A stretch of DNA of 64,000 bases from Candidatus Thorarchaeota archaeon (GCA_963726195.1 CAVSBO010000003.1:544001-608000); one strand, 5' to 3'. Counted from the stretch's first letter, positions 21,548 through 32,649 are shown. The notes: generated by a model not told the origin, from the letters alone. Program-made: numbers and translations.

Positions 21548-23813
21548 ATGGCGGATGTAAATACATTGAGACAGCTTGGTGGAATTGAGCGGCAAGTTCA
21601 CAGGTTGGCTACATTAGTAGATGCGACGCTGTCCGAACCCGACTTTCCACGTGAGCACGCCGAGCAGGTGAACCTCGCAGTAATGAGAATGCTCCTCGTC
21701 CATGCCCTGTCACAATATGACATAGCCACTTCCATTCCTCTGACAGAGCTTCTGTCAGAGCGTTGTTCACGTGCTGGTGAATCTTACACGCAGTTCCTAA
21801 ATATGTTCAGCACAAGACAGCGACGGCCAATCCAGAAACGTAGCCTCGAAGAACCATTGGACTATGAGGATTGCTTGAGTCTCAGCCCTCTCGCTCTGGA
21901 CGTATCTGAAGGTTACGTTGGACACCTCCTTTCAGACAACCAACTACTGGAATTCGCGACTGTCATCGACAGAATGAATCTCGCCGGATACGGAAAGAGA
22001 GATCCAGTTAGCAAAGCTACTCTGCTCGGAAATGTCTACGAGTTTCTGAAGGACCGCACCAGCAAGAAAGAGCATGGAATATTCTATACTCCAGACCCAG
22101 TTGCGAGCTTGATATGTGACCTGAGTCTGAGTACATATCATCCGACTTGGGGACAAACTGATGAGACTATCGATCTGGAGTCACTCGAGTGCTTGTTAGA
22201 CCTACGCGTGTTAGACAACGCATGTGGGTCTGGTGTTTTTCTCTTGAACATGCTCAAGAAAATTGTCGGACTACTCCAAAGAGCGGCACAGGATAATCCA
22301 AAAGCCTGTCACACGCTAGAAGGTCGAGGGGCTTACCCGGATGATACGTCCACTCTCGCAAGGCATGTTGTCAAGAGTAATTTGCATGGTAGGGACTTGG
22401 ACAAGGCAGCCTTGCGAATCGCCAAGACTCAGCTCTGGCTGGCCATCTGCTCGATGGATCCGGAACGCATGCCACTTCCATTGCCAGGAGCAGACCTCGT
22501 TGCCATGGACTCGCTTCTCGTGGATACGCAACAGGCGAGTGCATTCGATATAGTTGTGGGAAACCCGCCGTACATGAAGGCATCATCCCTTCCAGAGAGC
22601 GTCAGGGACCATCTGCGGGACAAGTATCCAATCCATGGAGAATACAACTCTCATGCTCTCTTCGTACAATCTGCTCTGCGTCAGCTCAAGAGAGACGGAG
22701 TATTGGCATACATAGTTCATAAGAACATCTTCACCTTGGATAGTTTCCGTGATTTGCGTCATCTGCTGTTGGATTCGTATGAGTGCACCAATCTGGTCGA
22801 CTGTGGTCCGGGCATCTTCAGGCGCGTGACGGCAGAGACCGGCATCATGGTTGTTAGAAACTCGCATCCAGCTGAAGATTCAAGTATCAGACTCTCGAAA
22901 TACGTAAGGTCGACATCTCGCCTGCTACCCGCGGTTACGTTCTCACAGGCGGAATACTTGAGAGTGGTACGTCCGTGGGAATATCGTTATGTCTTGAGCA
23001 TAAGTGAAGAAGACAGAGCCGTCTTGAGTCTCCTTGAGAACACTGCCACGTCTAGACAAGTTTGTGTCGATCAGACGTGGAATAGAAACAGGAAGGAACA
23101 AGAGATACCTTTCCTCGTCTCCGGATGAACAAGGGAACTGGATTCCGGTCTTGCGTGGAAAGGACATCTCCGCCTTCAGAGCCAGACATCGGTTTTACTT
23201 GAACTATCGCAGAGATGAACTATCGAAGCCTGGCCCGGTGGATCTGCTTCAAACACCAAAGCTGGTCGTACAGCAGAACTCTAGACGACCGATTGCCTAC
23301 TTCGATGAGGGACGCTTTCTAGTATTGAACTCTGCCACGTATGTATCGGAAGCTCCTCCTGACTTCCTGAAGTCAGTTTGCGTCTTTCTCAACTCTGGTC
23401 TAGTCGGTTGGTTCTTCCGAAAGGTCGTAACCAACGACGCGGGGTTGACTGTCAACATTTTACCTAACAATCTCGGACTCATTCCTCTTCCCGCGCATTT
23501 CGACACGAGAGTTTTCGCCTGGCTATGTGACATGCTGACTTCACTAAACGGTGAGTCGGAACATATCATCTTCGCAGAGAAGGAATCACTCCAAAATGCT
23601 GCGGACGCCGCCGTATTAGAGTCCTACTTCCCCCAGCAGTTTCCGCGGATGCGTGTGACTCGGATTCTGTCATCTGCTGCAAGGAGACCCGTGATAGGAC
23701 AGCCATTTCCGGCTTGTGTGAGTGAAAAGAAGCTCAGGGCAGAAGCCATCCGAAATGCCTTCGACACTCCACTGGTGAAAGTAATTGCAGACCTTTCGGA
23801 CCAGACACACTAA
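21548..23813 (+). CDS. N6-adenine DNA methyltransferase, Eco57I/TaqI-like with TaqI_C recognition domain (frameshift ~23040)
   Basis: GIFYTP, VLDNACGSGVFL, DIVVGNPPY; downstream frame RGIETG..PVLRGKDI..PKLVVQQ..FLNS. Confidence 0.88.
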
Positions 23814-23904
23814 CGGTTCAACCGTTGCGGGAAGGGGTGAGAAGAGAGCAAGGTCACAACGATAACGGACATAAGTGATGAGTTCCTTGTGAATCCAATA
23901 ACCA

Positions 23905-24515
23905 TGACGGATTCTGAAGTCTCATCGAGGCGAGAAATGCACCCTGATGAGATTGAGTTTGACGATTTGTTGTGGAGTAGGCAACGTGAAATAAAAGAGA
24001 GCATCCACACGCTGATTTCTCATCATCCGCCCTCACTCTACGGACATTGCCTTCGAGTCTCTCTCAGGGGCCACTCAGTTTACTTCTGTGGTCGGTGCAC
24101 TGGGATCTACGGTGGACTAGCTCTAGGCATTCTCATTCTCGTCGCTGTGAACGTCCGCCTCGAACCATCGTGGGCTTGGTTCTTCGCGGCAGTTGCAGTA
24201 GGATTCGCCACCGTAATTGATTGGACTACGCAGAGATTGACTTCCCGAAAGACCACCGTGAATGCTAGAGCAGTGACTGGCCTCATGAGCGGTTTGTCGT
24301 TGGCTGTCATATTCGTACTCGCCGACTTGATCTACATGCTGGTCGCCCTCAGTGTCATGATGGGAACTATCGGGATAGTCAGCATAATCGAGAGTCGCAC
24401 AAGGAACGTCAGCTGTCCGCTCATGATACAGAGCCGAAGGACATGTTTCGCGCCTCGCCCATTCATCGAGACTGGCTCCTGTGTCGGGCTCAAGGCAAGC
24501 ATTTTAACCGAATGA
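23905..24515 (+). CDS. DUF2085 family membrane protein
   Basis: FCGRCTGIYGG, DWTTQ, R.VTG motifs. Confidence 0.8.
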
Positions 24516-24540
24516 CACTGCTCCGAAGCCCGGTGACGGT

Positions 24541-25677
24541 ATGATTCCTGTGGCTAAACCGATTGTTGGAAAAGAAGAGATTGAAGCAGTCAGGAAGGTT
24601 TTGGAATCCGGAATGCTTGCCGAAGGAACTGTTGCTCATGAGCTTGAACATCAATTTGCAGCGTATGTCGGAGCAAAGTTCGCTGTTGCCACTTCAAACG
24701 GCACCACTGCGCTAAGCACCGCTCTTGACGCTATGAATATACAGCCGGGAGATGAGGTCATAACTACACCATTCACTTTCATCGCTTCGGCAAACACCAT
24801 AGCAATGCTCGGCGCCATCCCTGTGTTTGTCGATGTCCAACGAGACACGTACAACATTGACCCAGATTTGATTGAGAAGGCAATCACCAAGAAGACCAAG
24901 GCAATAATGCCTGTCCACATTTTCGGCATGCCTTGTGACATGAAGCGCATAATGGAAATTGCGAAAGCCCATGACCTGCTCGTTATCGAAGATGCGGCCC
25001 AGGCTCACGGAGCCGCCATTGACGGCAAGAAGGTTGGGTCGTTCGGTCATACAGCCGCATTCTCCTTCTATGCCACCAAGAACATGATGACGGGTGAGGG
25101 CGGCATGATCATGACCAATGATGAGGAGATTTATGATAAGGCTAACATGATCAAGAACCACGGTAGAGGCAAAGAGGGAGGCTACAGTCATCATCGTATT
25201 GGTTACAACAGTCGAATGATGGATCTGGTTGCTGCAATCGGCTTGGAACAACTGAAGAGACTACCAAGTGTCTTGGCAGCCAGACGAAAGAACGCACAGG
25301 CATACGACAAGATGTGCTCTGAGCTGAAAGGGATTCGTCCGCAGGCAGTCAAGAAAGGCTTCGAGTCAGCATACCACGTGTACGCGCCGTGCTTGAATTC
25401 TCCAAAAATGAATCGTGACAAGATGATAGAGTACCTCAAGCAGAATGAGGTTGGATCTCGCACTGTCTATGCTCTGCCTTGCCACAAGCAAGACACCTAC
25501 CTCAACATAAAGGACTGGCGCTGGGCGAAGTTCGTCAAGTACCCCAATTATGCAGCGTTGAAGCTGCCAAACTCCGAAGAGATAGGGGCACAGCATTTCG
25601 AGATTCCAGTACATCCATCAGTGACCGACCAAGACCGAGCCCGGATTGACCAGCTGATCAGAAAGGCGCTCGCTTAG
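24541..25677 (+). CDS. DegT/DnrJ/EryC1/StrS aminotransferase
   Basis: SNGTTAL, IEDAAQAHGA, FSFYATKNMMTGEGG. Confidence 0.95.
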   Translation: MIPVAKPIVGKEEIEAVRKVLESGMLAEGTVAHELEHQFAAYVGAKFAVATSNGTTALSTALDAMNIQPGDEVITTPFTFIASANTIAMLGAIPVFVDVQRDTYNIDPDLIEKAITKKTKAIMPVHIFGMPCDMKRIMEIAKAHDLLVIEDAAQAHGAAIDGKKVGSFGHTAAFSFYATKNMMTGEGGMIMTNDEEIYDKANMIKNHGRGKEGGYSHHRIGYNSRMMDLVAAIGLEQLKRLPSVLAARRKNAQAYDKMCSELKGIRPQAVKKGFESAYHVYAPCLNSPKMNRDKMIEYLKQNEVGSRTVYALPCHKQDTYLNIKDWRWAKFVKYPNYAALKLPNSEEIGAQHFEIPVHPSVTDQDRARIDQLIRKALA

Positions 25678-26312
25678 TCCTTCTTGAAATATGGCAGAAT
25701 TGTTCTGAGGTCCTTTGATCGGATGGTGACAGAAGCAGCACTGCCAACCCTTTCTGTTTGCGGGTTGAATGCAATGCTAAGTGACGACGACTTGAACAGC
25801 TCTAGGTCGTTCTCGCCGTCACCTACACTTGCCAAGTTCCGAGAAGAGAGCTTCTTCGCCTTTAGGTACTGAAGGACCTTCTCAGCTTTCTGAGGCCCCT
25901 GCATCACGTACTGCACTGTGCCATCATGCTTCCCGTTCTTCTCACCCAGCACGTTCGAAAAGGCAAAATCAAGGCCAAGCCTGCGAGCAAAGGGCTTCAT
26001 GAAGAACTGACTAACACCACTGGACACGCAGCCCACTTCATAACCGAGCCCCTTCAAAGACACTACGGTCTCTTCGGCACCTGACATCAGCGGGATTGTC
26101 TCAACAAGCGGGTCAAGCGTGCCGTCAACGGGAACGCCAGCCCATATCTTGGCTCCTTCAACGATGGAGTCTTTGAGCGACAACCGTCTCTTGACAACGC
26201 CCAGGAATGCTTGTTCCAGTCCCAGCTGCTTAGCAAGTGGGTATGCCGCGCTCGGTCCATCAAAAAGGACTCCGTCCAGATCCAGCACAACCACAGTAAT
26301 CTGACTTCGCAT
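25674..26312 (-). CDS. HAD-superfamily phosphatase, phosphoserine phosphatase (SerB)-like
   Basis: DLDGVL, VSSG, K, VGDGENDL. Confidence 0.85.
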   Translation of the reverse strand: MRSQITVVVLDLDGVLFDGPSAAYPLAKQLGLEQAFLGVVKRRLSLKDSIVEGAKIWAGVPVDGTLDPLVETIPLMSGAEETVVSLKGLGYEVGCVSSGVSQFFMKPFARRLGLDFAFSNVLGEKNGKHDGTVQYVMQGPQKAEKVLQYLKAKKLSSRNLASVGDGENDLELFKSSSLSIAFNPQTERVGSAASVTIRSKDLRTILPYFKKD

Positions 26313-26695
26313 TAATCCTTCACGTCGCTCAGGTCATATAGAGATGGAACGAAAAGGCGAGACCGTATTATCGGTTTTGGTTGCGTGCCGTGTCGCAACC
26401 GTGTGCATGAGCTGGCCTGAAGTGTGAGACGGACATGAAGTGGTCAAGCATGCCCTTCGTATGAAGGCAGCATTTCTTAGTACGGGACTCCTAGAGGTCG
26501 TGTCTCAGGGGATTTGACACCGTGGAAAATGAACTTAGAATGAATGAGTGTCTCAATGTGACCAAATCGGGCTCTCTAGGCCCGCGGAGGGTCTGCTGTC
26601 TTATGAAAGACATGGACAAATGGTTAAAATACGCTAGTGCATCAAAGAACCGTAGCTACTACGCACGCAAGCAGCAGTAGTGTGAGGCGACTAAT

Positions 26696-26791
26696 GTGAG
26701 CGAAAACAAAGACAAGATTGTTCCCAAGGTTCATGGTCCGAAGAATCCCTTCAAGGGTGGAAACCCATACAAGAAGGGCGACAAGAAGTAG
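26696..26791 (+). CDS. 31-aa basic micro-protein
   Basis: GTGAGG RBS, GTG start, MSENKDKIVPKVHGPKNPFKGGNPYKKGDKK, T-tract immediately after the stop. Confidence 0.55.
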   Translation: MSENKDKIVPKVHGPKNPFKGGNPYKKGDKK

Positions 26792-26898
26792 AGGTTTTTT
26801 TCACTGCATGGGAGTATCTGCCTGGCCAAAGCCTGCGCAGATACTTGTCCTTGCAACATTGCTTCTGAATGCTCTCAGACCCCGGATGCTAGCTGCGA

Positions 26899-27849
26899 AT
26901 GACTCTGACTTTGCAAGTTCCTGAGAGTTACGATTTGCTTTCCTCCATTCACGCTTGGATCTACCCGGACATCCAGCCCGTTCCGGAAATCACATGGAAT
27001 GCTGGTTTTGGAAGGGTGTTTACATTCGATGAGACACGAGCGCCTGTGATGATAACGCAGGATTCGCCGGGCAACAGACTGCATGTGCAATACTGCAGCG
27101 AAGAAGTGAGTGCCTCCGAGGTTCGGCGCAAGATAAAGCGAATCTTGGGTTTCAGCATTGACACCAAGAATGCACTGAGACACATTGCAGACGATTCGGT
27201 CATACATCCCATCGAATCAACTGTCAGAGGAATCCACCCCTACTGCACGGATACTGTGTTCGAGGCACTGGTCAAATCCATCATCCAGCAGGAGGTATCG
27301 TATCGAGCGGCGAACACTCTCACGAAACGCATGATATGTGATTTGGGATTGCCATCTGCACTCGGAAACCGTCTTCTCTATTCATTTCCTGCTCCCATGG
27401 CCATAGTGAACGCAGGAACAAGGAAGCTATCTGAATACGGACTCGGATTCAAGGCGGGTTACGCATATGGTGTCTGTTCGGCAATAGACTCCGGGTCACT
27501 AGATGTCGAGCATCTATGGGGCAAGACCGCCGACGATGCAAGGGGAGTACTCACATCACTGCGCGGCATAGGGGATTGGACCGTTGACGCCCTTGCCATA
27601 TCGGGTCTTGGAGATTTCTCTGTCTATCCTTCTGGGGACTTGGGTATGAGGAATCTTCTCGGTAGACTATACAACAAAGGAGTACCGATGAAAGAGAGCC
27701 AAGTTGTCCAGAGAGCGGATTCGTGGGGTAAAGACGGCCCGATGGTGCTTTACCTGCTTATGTGTGCTAATGTTCTCGGGGCGATTGGCCCAGCAGGAAG
27801 TCCGAAAACGCATAAAAGGGAACCACTGAAGACCCAACCAGAATCCTAG
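26899..27849 (+). CDS. alkA: DNA-3-methyladenine glycosylase II (HhH-GPD)
   Basis: FEALVKSIIQQEVS, LRGIGDWT HhH, PSGDLG. Confidence 0.88.
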   Translation: MTLTLQVPESYDLLSSIHAWIYPDIQPVPEITWNAGFGRVFTFDETRAPVMITQDSPGNRLHVQYCSEEVSASEVRRKIKRILGFSIDTKNALRHIADDSVIHPIESTVRGIHPYCTDTVFEALVKSIIQQEVSYRAANTLTKRMICDLGLPSALGNRLLYSFPAPMAIVNAGTRKLSEYGLGFKAGYAYGVCSAIDSGSLDVEHLWGKTADDARGVLTSLRGIGDWTVDALAISGLGDFSVYPSGDLGMRNLLGRLYNKGVPMKESQVVQRADSWGKDGPMVLYLLMCANVLGAIGPAGSPKTHKREPLKTQPES

Positions 27850-29025
27850 GTGAAGTCCTTGTCTCAGAGCCCTCCTCCCAAGCGGAAGAAGAATACCAAG
27901 ACTTGGCGAATATGGTCGATGCTCCTGAAAGAGCTAAGGCTAATCGCGATTGATAAATTCGCATTACTGATGGTATTCGCCCTGCCCGGAATGATCATGG
28001 GGACGCTTTGGGTTGCTAGACTGCAGGCTAACGTCTCGACAATCGGCACAGGTACTGGTAAGAATTCGGGCGCTCTTACCATAGGAGTCGTGGACCTAGA
28101 CCCTACTGATACTTACCCAGGCCAAGACTTGTCTGCAAACTTCACTTGGTATTTGCAAAAAAACCCTGACTTCATCGTTGTCAATTTCGCTACAGAGCAA
28201 GATGCTCTTAACGCACTGTATGACGACTCAATTACAGCGTATGCAGTAATTCCCTACGGATTCGAGGGCAACATAACTGGGGACATTCCGGCATTCATAC
28301 CGATACATATCAGTAGCACCAACTTTCAAAAGGAAGCAGCTGTGTTCGGACCGTTTGAGACTGCAGTTGCTGATTTCCGCTCTGACCACGGGTGGGTGAA
28401 GGGTGAGATTGATGTGAAAACCATCCGTGAATTCCAGCCTGTGGGAGACTACTCTGCGGCATCATTTGGTGTGTTCTTGATTGTCTTTTCGTCGTTCATA
28501 GCAGTCGCAGCGACCGCTGCCCAAGCAATCGTGGGTGATGTGCCTTTGAACAGAATGCTTCTGACACCCGCCACAAAGATGGAAGCGATTCTGGCGAAGG
28601 TTCTCGCATACTTCGTATTGGGCATGGTTCAGGCTCAGTTCCTGCTTCTGCTTTGGATGGGTCTATTTGGCATTGTTCCAAACGCAGACTACCTGACGCT
28701 CAACGGCGTGTTGGCTTTGATGTCAATTTCGGGGTCCGCTCTCGGAGTTTTCATATCAACGCTGTGCAGGACACGACTGCAGGCAAATCAGTCATTTCTG
28801 CTTCTCCTATTCAGCTCCTTCATCGTGGGCACGGGGTTTCTCGACGTCGGCCAAATTGATCAGTACTATCCCTTGAACCTTGGGCGGATTATGATAATCG
28901 ATACTGCGTTCAAGGGAGTATCGCTCTCAACGTTCTCAAGTGAGATAATCCGCATATTCGCCTTCACGTTGATCTTGATCATCCTCGCTTGGGCTGTTTT
29001 GGCAAAGAGAACCACGCTTGCATGA
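27850..29025 (+). CDS. ABC-2 type transporter permease
   Basis: KELRLI, RMLLTPAT..AILAK, 6 TM plus extracellular loop. Confidence 0.88.
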   Translation: MKSLSQSPPPKRKKNTKTWRIWSMLLKELRLIAIDKFALLMVFALPGMIMGTLWVARLQANVSTIGTGTGKNSGALTIGVVDLDPTDTYPGQDLSANFTWYLQKNPDFIVVNFATEQDALNALYDDSITAYAVIPYGFEGNITGDIPAFIPIHISSTNFQKEAAVFGPFETAVADFRSDHGWVKGEIDVKTIREFQPVGDYSAASFGVFLIVFSSFIAVAATAAQAIVGDVPLNRMLLTPATKMEAILAKVLAYFVLGMVQAQFLLLLWMGLFGIVPNADYLTLNGVLALMSISGSALGVFISTLCRTRLQANQSFLLLLFSSFIVGTGFLDVGQIDQYYPLNLGRIMIIDTAFKGVSLSTFSSEIIRIFAFTLILIILAWAVLAKRTTLA

Positions 29026-29137
29026 AGATGCCTCAGTAGGCTCAACGACTGGCGTCCACCGTGGTTCTGATTCGACCCGCGCAATCAGAATCAAGTGCTT
29101 GACTCATCTCTCCTCTGATTCCTAGTCCCAAATTCAG

Positions 29138-30013
29138 CTAGTAACCCAAGCTAGCAAGGACAACAACCATCGCATTGTTGAAACCATGTGCGACTGCCGG
29201 TCCGAGTATGGAGTATCGTCTCTTGTCAGCAAGGTACCCCAAGAATAAGCTGAGAGCGAATAAGGATGGAAGTCCAGTCAAATCAAGATGAACAGCCGCG
29301 AAGATTAGCGAAGTGAGCGCAATCGCTATCGCTCTGCTTCTCTTTGAGCGAACCCGGAAGTACATCTGCACTCTCCGTTGCAGAAAACCTCTGAACACAG
29401 TCTCCTCGCTGAGCCCCACGACCACGAACATCACGACAATCCACGCTATGAGCTCCTGCGGACCTGACGCGGCAAACATGTTTGAGCCTGTTGAGATTGG
29501 TCTCCCAGTCACAGTGTAGATCATCCAGTTGATTAAGCCTGTCACTCCGATGTTCACCAAAAGCATGACCATGCCTACTCCAAGGCCCAAGGCTATGTCG
29601 GTTACAGGAGCAGATGACTTCAGCCCGACGGATGCAAGAGGCAAATGGCGCCTCCTAGCGTAGAGCACAGGAGGAATAATGAATCCAAACTCTGAGAGAG
29701 AAAGCAAGAGAAGCGCCCACGGGGCATAGCGTATTTCAACCGAGATTAGGTCGACTACTATCATCCTTGACACAATCAGAGGTATCATGATGACTACCAC
29801 TAGGGCCATCGTGAAAATGAACGAGGCTCCAGTGAAGAGCAGCACACGAAAGAGACTGTCCCAGTCAATCTCACGCTCGACTTGTGTGCCCGGCTCGTAA
29901 ATCTCAATCCCCCTATACTCTTCGAACTCGTAACGATCGGGATCTTCAATGACCAATGGCACAACCTGAGCGGAGTGGCCGGGGGTTTCGTGATAAAGTT
30001 GCTGATGTGCCAT
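29138..30013 (-). CDS. CPBP (CAAX/Abi, Rce1-like) intramembrane glutamic endopeptidase
   Basis: SEETVFRG, FAAVH, AHGFNN. Confidence 0.92.
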   Translation of the reverse strand: MAHQQLYHETPGHSAQVVPLVIEDPDRYEFEEYRGIEIYEPGTQVEREIDWDSLFRVLLFTGASFIFTMALVVVIMIPLIVSRMIVVDLISVEIRYAPWALLLLSLSEFGFIIPPVLYARRRHLPLASVGLKSSAPVTDIALGLGVGMVMLLVNIGVTGLINWMIYTVTGRPISTGSNMFAASGPQELIAWIVVMFVVVGLSEETVFRGFLQRRVQMYFRVRSKRSRAIAIALTSLIFAAVHLDLTGLPSLFALSLFLGYLADKRRYSILGPAVAHGFNNAMVVVLASLGY

Positions 30014-30067
30014 TCTTTATCAGTGTGCCAACAATTCTCCTCACGCGCAATTGCTGAAGGGAGAATT

Positions 30068-32092
30068 GTGGTCTCGAACAACGAAGACTACGAAATGCCT
30101 GCGAGGCCCAGAAGAGGAACTGCACTGCTCGTGAGCACCATCGTAGTTGTTGCCATGTTCACCTTCGCTTTCGTAGCCCCGGGTGGTATCGGTCCAGCGG
30201 GAAGGACTGTCAGAGTAGCGGTCATCGACTCCGGTATAGATGCAGAGGGGATTCTCTGGGATAAGGTCGTGGCTGTGAGGAGCTTCGTAGACGTGAAGTA
30301 TGGGTACTCCAACACCGACAACTCCACCGAAGATAGTGCTCCTCACGGGTTTCTGCATGGTTCCTACGTGGCCAAGATTATTATCGAAAACGCCGCTAGT
30401 GCATTGTTTGTTAATGCGAAAGTCGTTGATGCAAGCAACACAGCACTTGAACTGGCGATCGTCGCGGCAATACATTGGGCGGTGATGGAACAGGATTGTA
30501 ATGTAATCAACCTGAGTCTAGGAGGTCTCGCGTCCAGTCAAGACATACTCCGTGATGAAGTGAAGTGGGCATTCGAGAGAGGAGTCACGGTTGTTGCTGC
30601 TGCAGGCAACAACGGTCAAGGAGGAATCGCAGGCAGTTCAGTGGAGTCGCCAGCAGCCTATATCCAAGCAATTGCCGTTGGAGCGGTCGATGATAAGGGA
30701 CTTCCGTACGTATTCTCAGGACGGGGGCCCCTAAGAAACGGCACAGCAAAACCGGATGTCTCAGCAGATGGATGGTATACGGACCGTGACACATCGACGA
30801 CGGTGCTCGGAACGAGCTTCGCGGCACCACGTGTCACTGCTGCCGCTGTCTCTTTGATTAGCCACTGCAAGGAAAAAGGATGGAAATGGACACCGGGAAT
30901 GGTCAAGGCCACGTTGATAGTTAGCGCACGCCATTCGTTGTCAGACTCTTGGGAAGTGGGAGCAGGCTACCTAGACACAGAATCAGCAATGACATACTTA
31001 GATGCTTTGCCTAGAGCGAACAACCTTCCTCTGGTTGCTTGTGTCCTGCCCGCCAATAGACCGTACAGCTTCGAGAAATGGTTTGTGAACTCTACGAGCA
31101 TCGTAGACTTCTCCGTATTCACGAGCAGCAATGCCACCCTCAATGTAGTTTACGGGGGTTCAGCAGCACCTTGGGTCACTGGGCCCGAGAGTATTGCAGT
31201 CAACCAGACTTCCTCCCTTTCCTTAAGAGTGTGTGTGGTCTCAAGCAGTCCAATTCATAACCTCAGAGCCTTGGTTACCCTTACTGCCCCCGAGTACCCG
31301 CCTGTTCATGCCCAGCTCAAGTTCAATGCGTCAGTTGGGATGGGCGTCGTCGCTTTCGACACAAGCCACACTCCATGGTGGATTGATTCTATTTTCGGTC
31401 AATTCAGGAAATTCTACGAGCTGCTCACTACATTGGGCATAGCTGTGGAGGAGATAACGAGCTCCGAACAACTACAGCTTAGCTCGATGCTGAAATACGA
31501 CGCTATCGTGATTCTGGATCCTTGTGCATGGAACTTTGTGACGGTGGATAACTGGTCGGTGGTTACGGGCTCCGCTTCGTACTCACAACAGGAGATTGAG
31601 TCATATTCCTCATATTGGAAAGCTGGGCGAGGGCTCTTGGTCGTGGGTCTGCAGAATTCGAGCATTGATGTTCAGAGTGTCAACCAGCTTCTTTCGCCTT
31701 TCAATGTCAGTATGAACTTTGACAGCATTCCGCCCATCACGATCGTTGTGAACGGGATTGCATCTACTATTGCTGTGACAAACCTGATAAATCATAATGT
31801 CACTCGCGGTGTAGAATCATTCGATTACAATGGCTGCTCTCTTAATCTCTCTGGCCAATGTTTTCGGCTTGCGTGGTCCGAGCTGAATTGGACTGATTCG
31901 AAGCGTATTTCCCATAGCGAGAACAAGACGGTAGTTGTCGGCCTTGAAGGAACGAATGGTAGCAGGCTACTGGTGATCGGCACCAACTACCTCTTTGATA
32001 ACTGGGGAATAATGGGTCTGTACAAATCAACACAGAACTCAAAACTAGCCCTTCAAATGATTCTCTGGTTGACCAAGCTCAAATGGCCCTAG
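30068..32092 (+). CDS. Membrane-anchored S8 subtilase with C-terminal GATase/GIFT-like domain (site-1 protease-like architecture)
   Basis: IDSG, HGSYVA, AAGNNG, GTSFAAP triad; N-terminal TM; C-terminal AFDTSH...KYDAIVILDP...GRGLLVVG...NSKLALQMILWL. Confidence 0.85.
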   Translation: MVSNNEDYEMPARPRRGTALLVSTIVVVAMFTFAFVAPGGIGPAGRTVRVAVIDSGIDAEGILWDKVVAVRSFVDVKYGYSNTDNSTEDSAPHGFLHGSYVAKIIIENAASALFVNAKVVDASNTALELAIVAAIHWAVMEQDCNVINLSLGGLASSQDILRDEVKWAFERGVTVVAAAGNNGQGGIAGSSVESPAAYIQAIAVGAVDDKGLPYVFSGRGPLRNGTAKPDVSADGWYTDRDTSTTVLGTSFAAPRVTAAAVSLISHCKEKGWKWTPGMVKATLIVSARHSLSDSWEVGAGYLDTESAMTYLDALPRANNLPLVACVLPANRPYSFEKWFVNSTSIVDFSVFTSSNATLNVVYGGSAAPWVTGPESIAVNQTSSLSLRVCVVSSSPIHNLRALVTLTAPEYPPVHAQLKFNASVGMGVVAFDTSHTPWWIDSIFGQFRKFYELLTTLGIAVEEITSSEQLQLSSMLKYDAIVILDPCAWNFVTVDNWSVVTGSASYSQQEIESYSSYWKAGRGLLVVGLQNSSIDVQSVNQLLSPFNVSMNFDSIPPITIVVNGIASTIAVTNLINHNVTRGVESFDYNGCSLNLSGQCFRLAWSELNWTDSKRISHSENKTVVVGLEGTNGSRLLVIGTNYLFDNWGIMGLYKSTQNSKLALQMILWLTKLKWP

Positions 32093-32481
32093 AGCAATGG
32101 AGCTATTCTATCACAGGCAGTCTTCGCGGCGTAAACGAGAAGACCTGTCTTCAGGCTCTTAGCAGCAGCCAACACGAGAATGGCCTTGTCTCCTGCGCTC
32201 TTCAACAGCATCATTCCATTCTCGTTGGTCACTAGGACTTCCTCTAGCGACCCTTGTTCTAATCTTTCTGCAGCAAGGTCAGCGACTCCAAGAATCGCGG
32301 CAGACATCGCTGCAATCTCGGCTTCCTCCAGTCCCTGTGGTACGGCAGATGCAATGGGCAGACCCTCCTTTGATAGGAGCATCCAAGCGCGCACCCCAGA
32401 GGCCATGGATGTGGCTTCCTCCATGATTTGTCTCAGCTTGCCCTGCAGTTTTTCAAACTCGGGGTTTAGGATGGCTGCCAC
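32089..32481 (-). CDS. Roadblock/LC7 domain protein
   Basis: LLSKEGLPIAS..EIAAMSAAIL..LEEVLV..AILVL. Confidence 0.9.
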   Translation of the reverse strand: MAAILNPEFEKLQGKLRQIMEEATSMASGVRAWMLLSKEGLPIASAVPQGLEEAEIAAMSAAILGVADLAAERLEQGSLEEVLVTNENGMMLLKSAGDKAILVLAAAKSLKTGLLVYAAKTACDRIAPLL

Positions 32482-32649
32482 TCTCCGAAATCGGCGTACT
32501 GGTCGCTGATTTAGATTTGCGCGTTAATAAAGTTTGGTTGATGGACAATCGAAAGTGCACAAACCAGAATGCACACTCAGAGTAATAAGCCGTCCATCCA
32601 CTAATAAGCTTACCATCATGTTGGAAGACCTCATTCCAGGTGTGGACCC

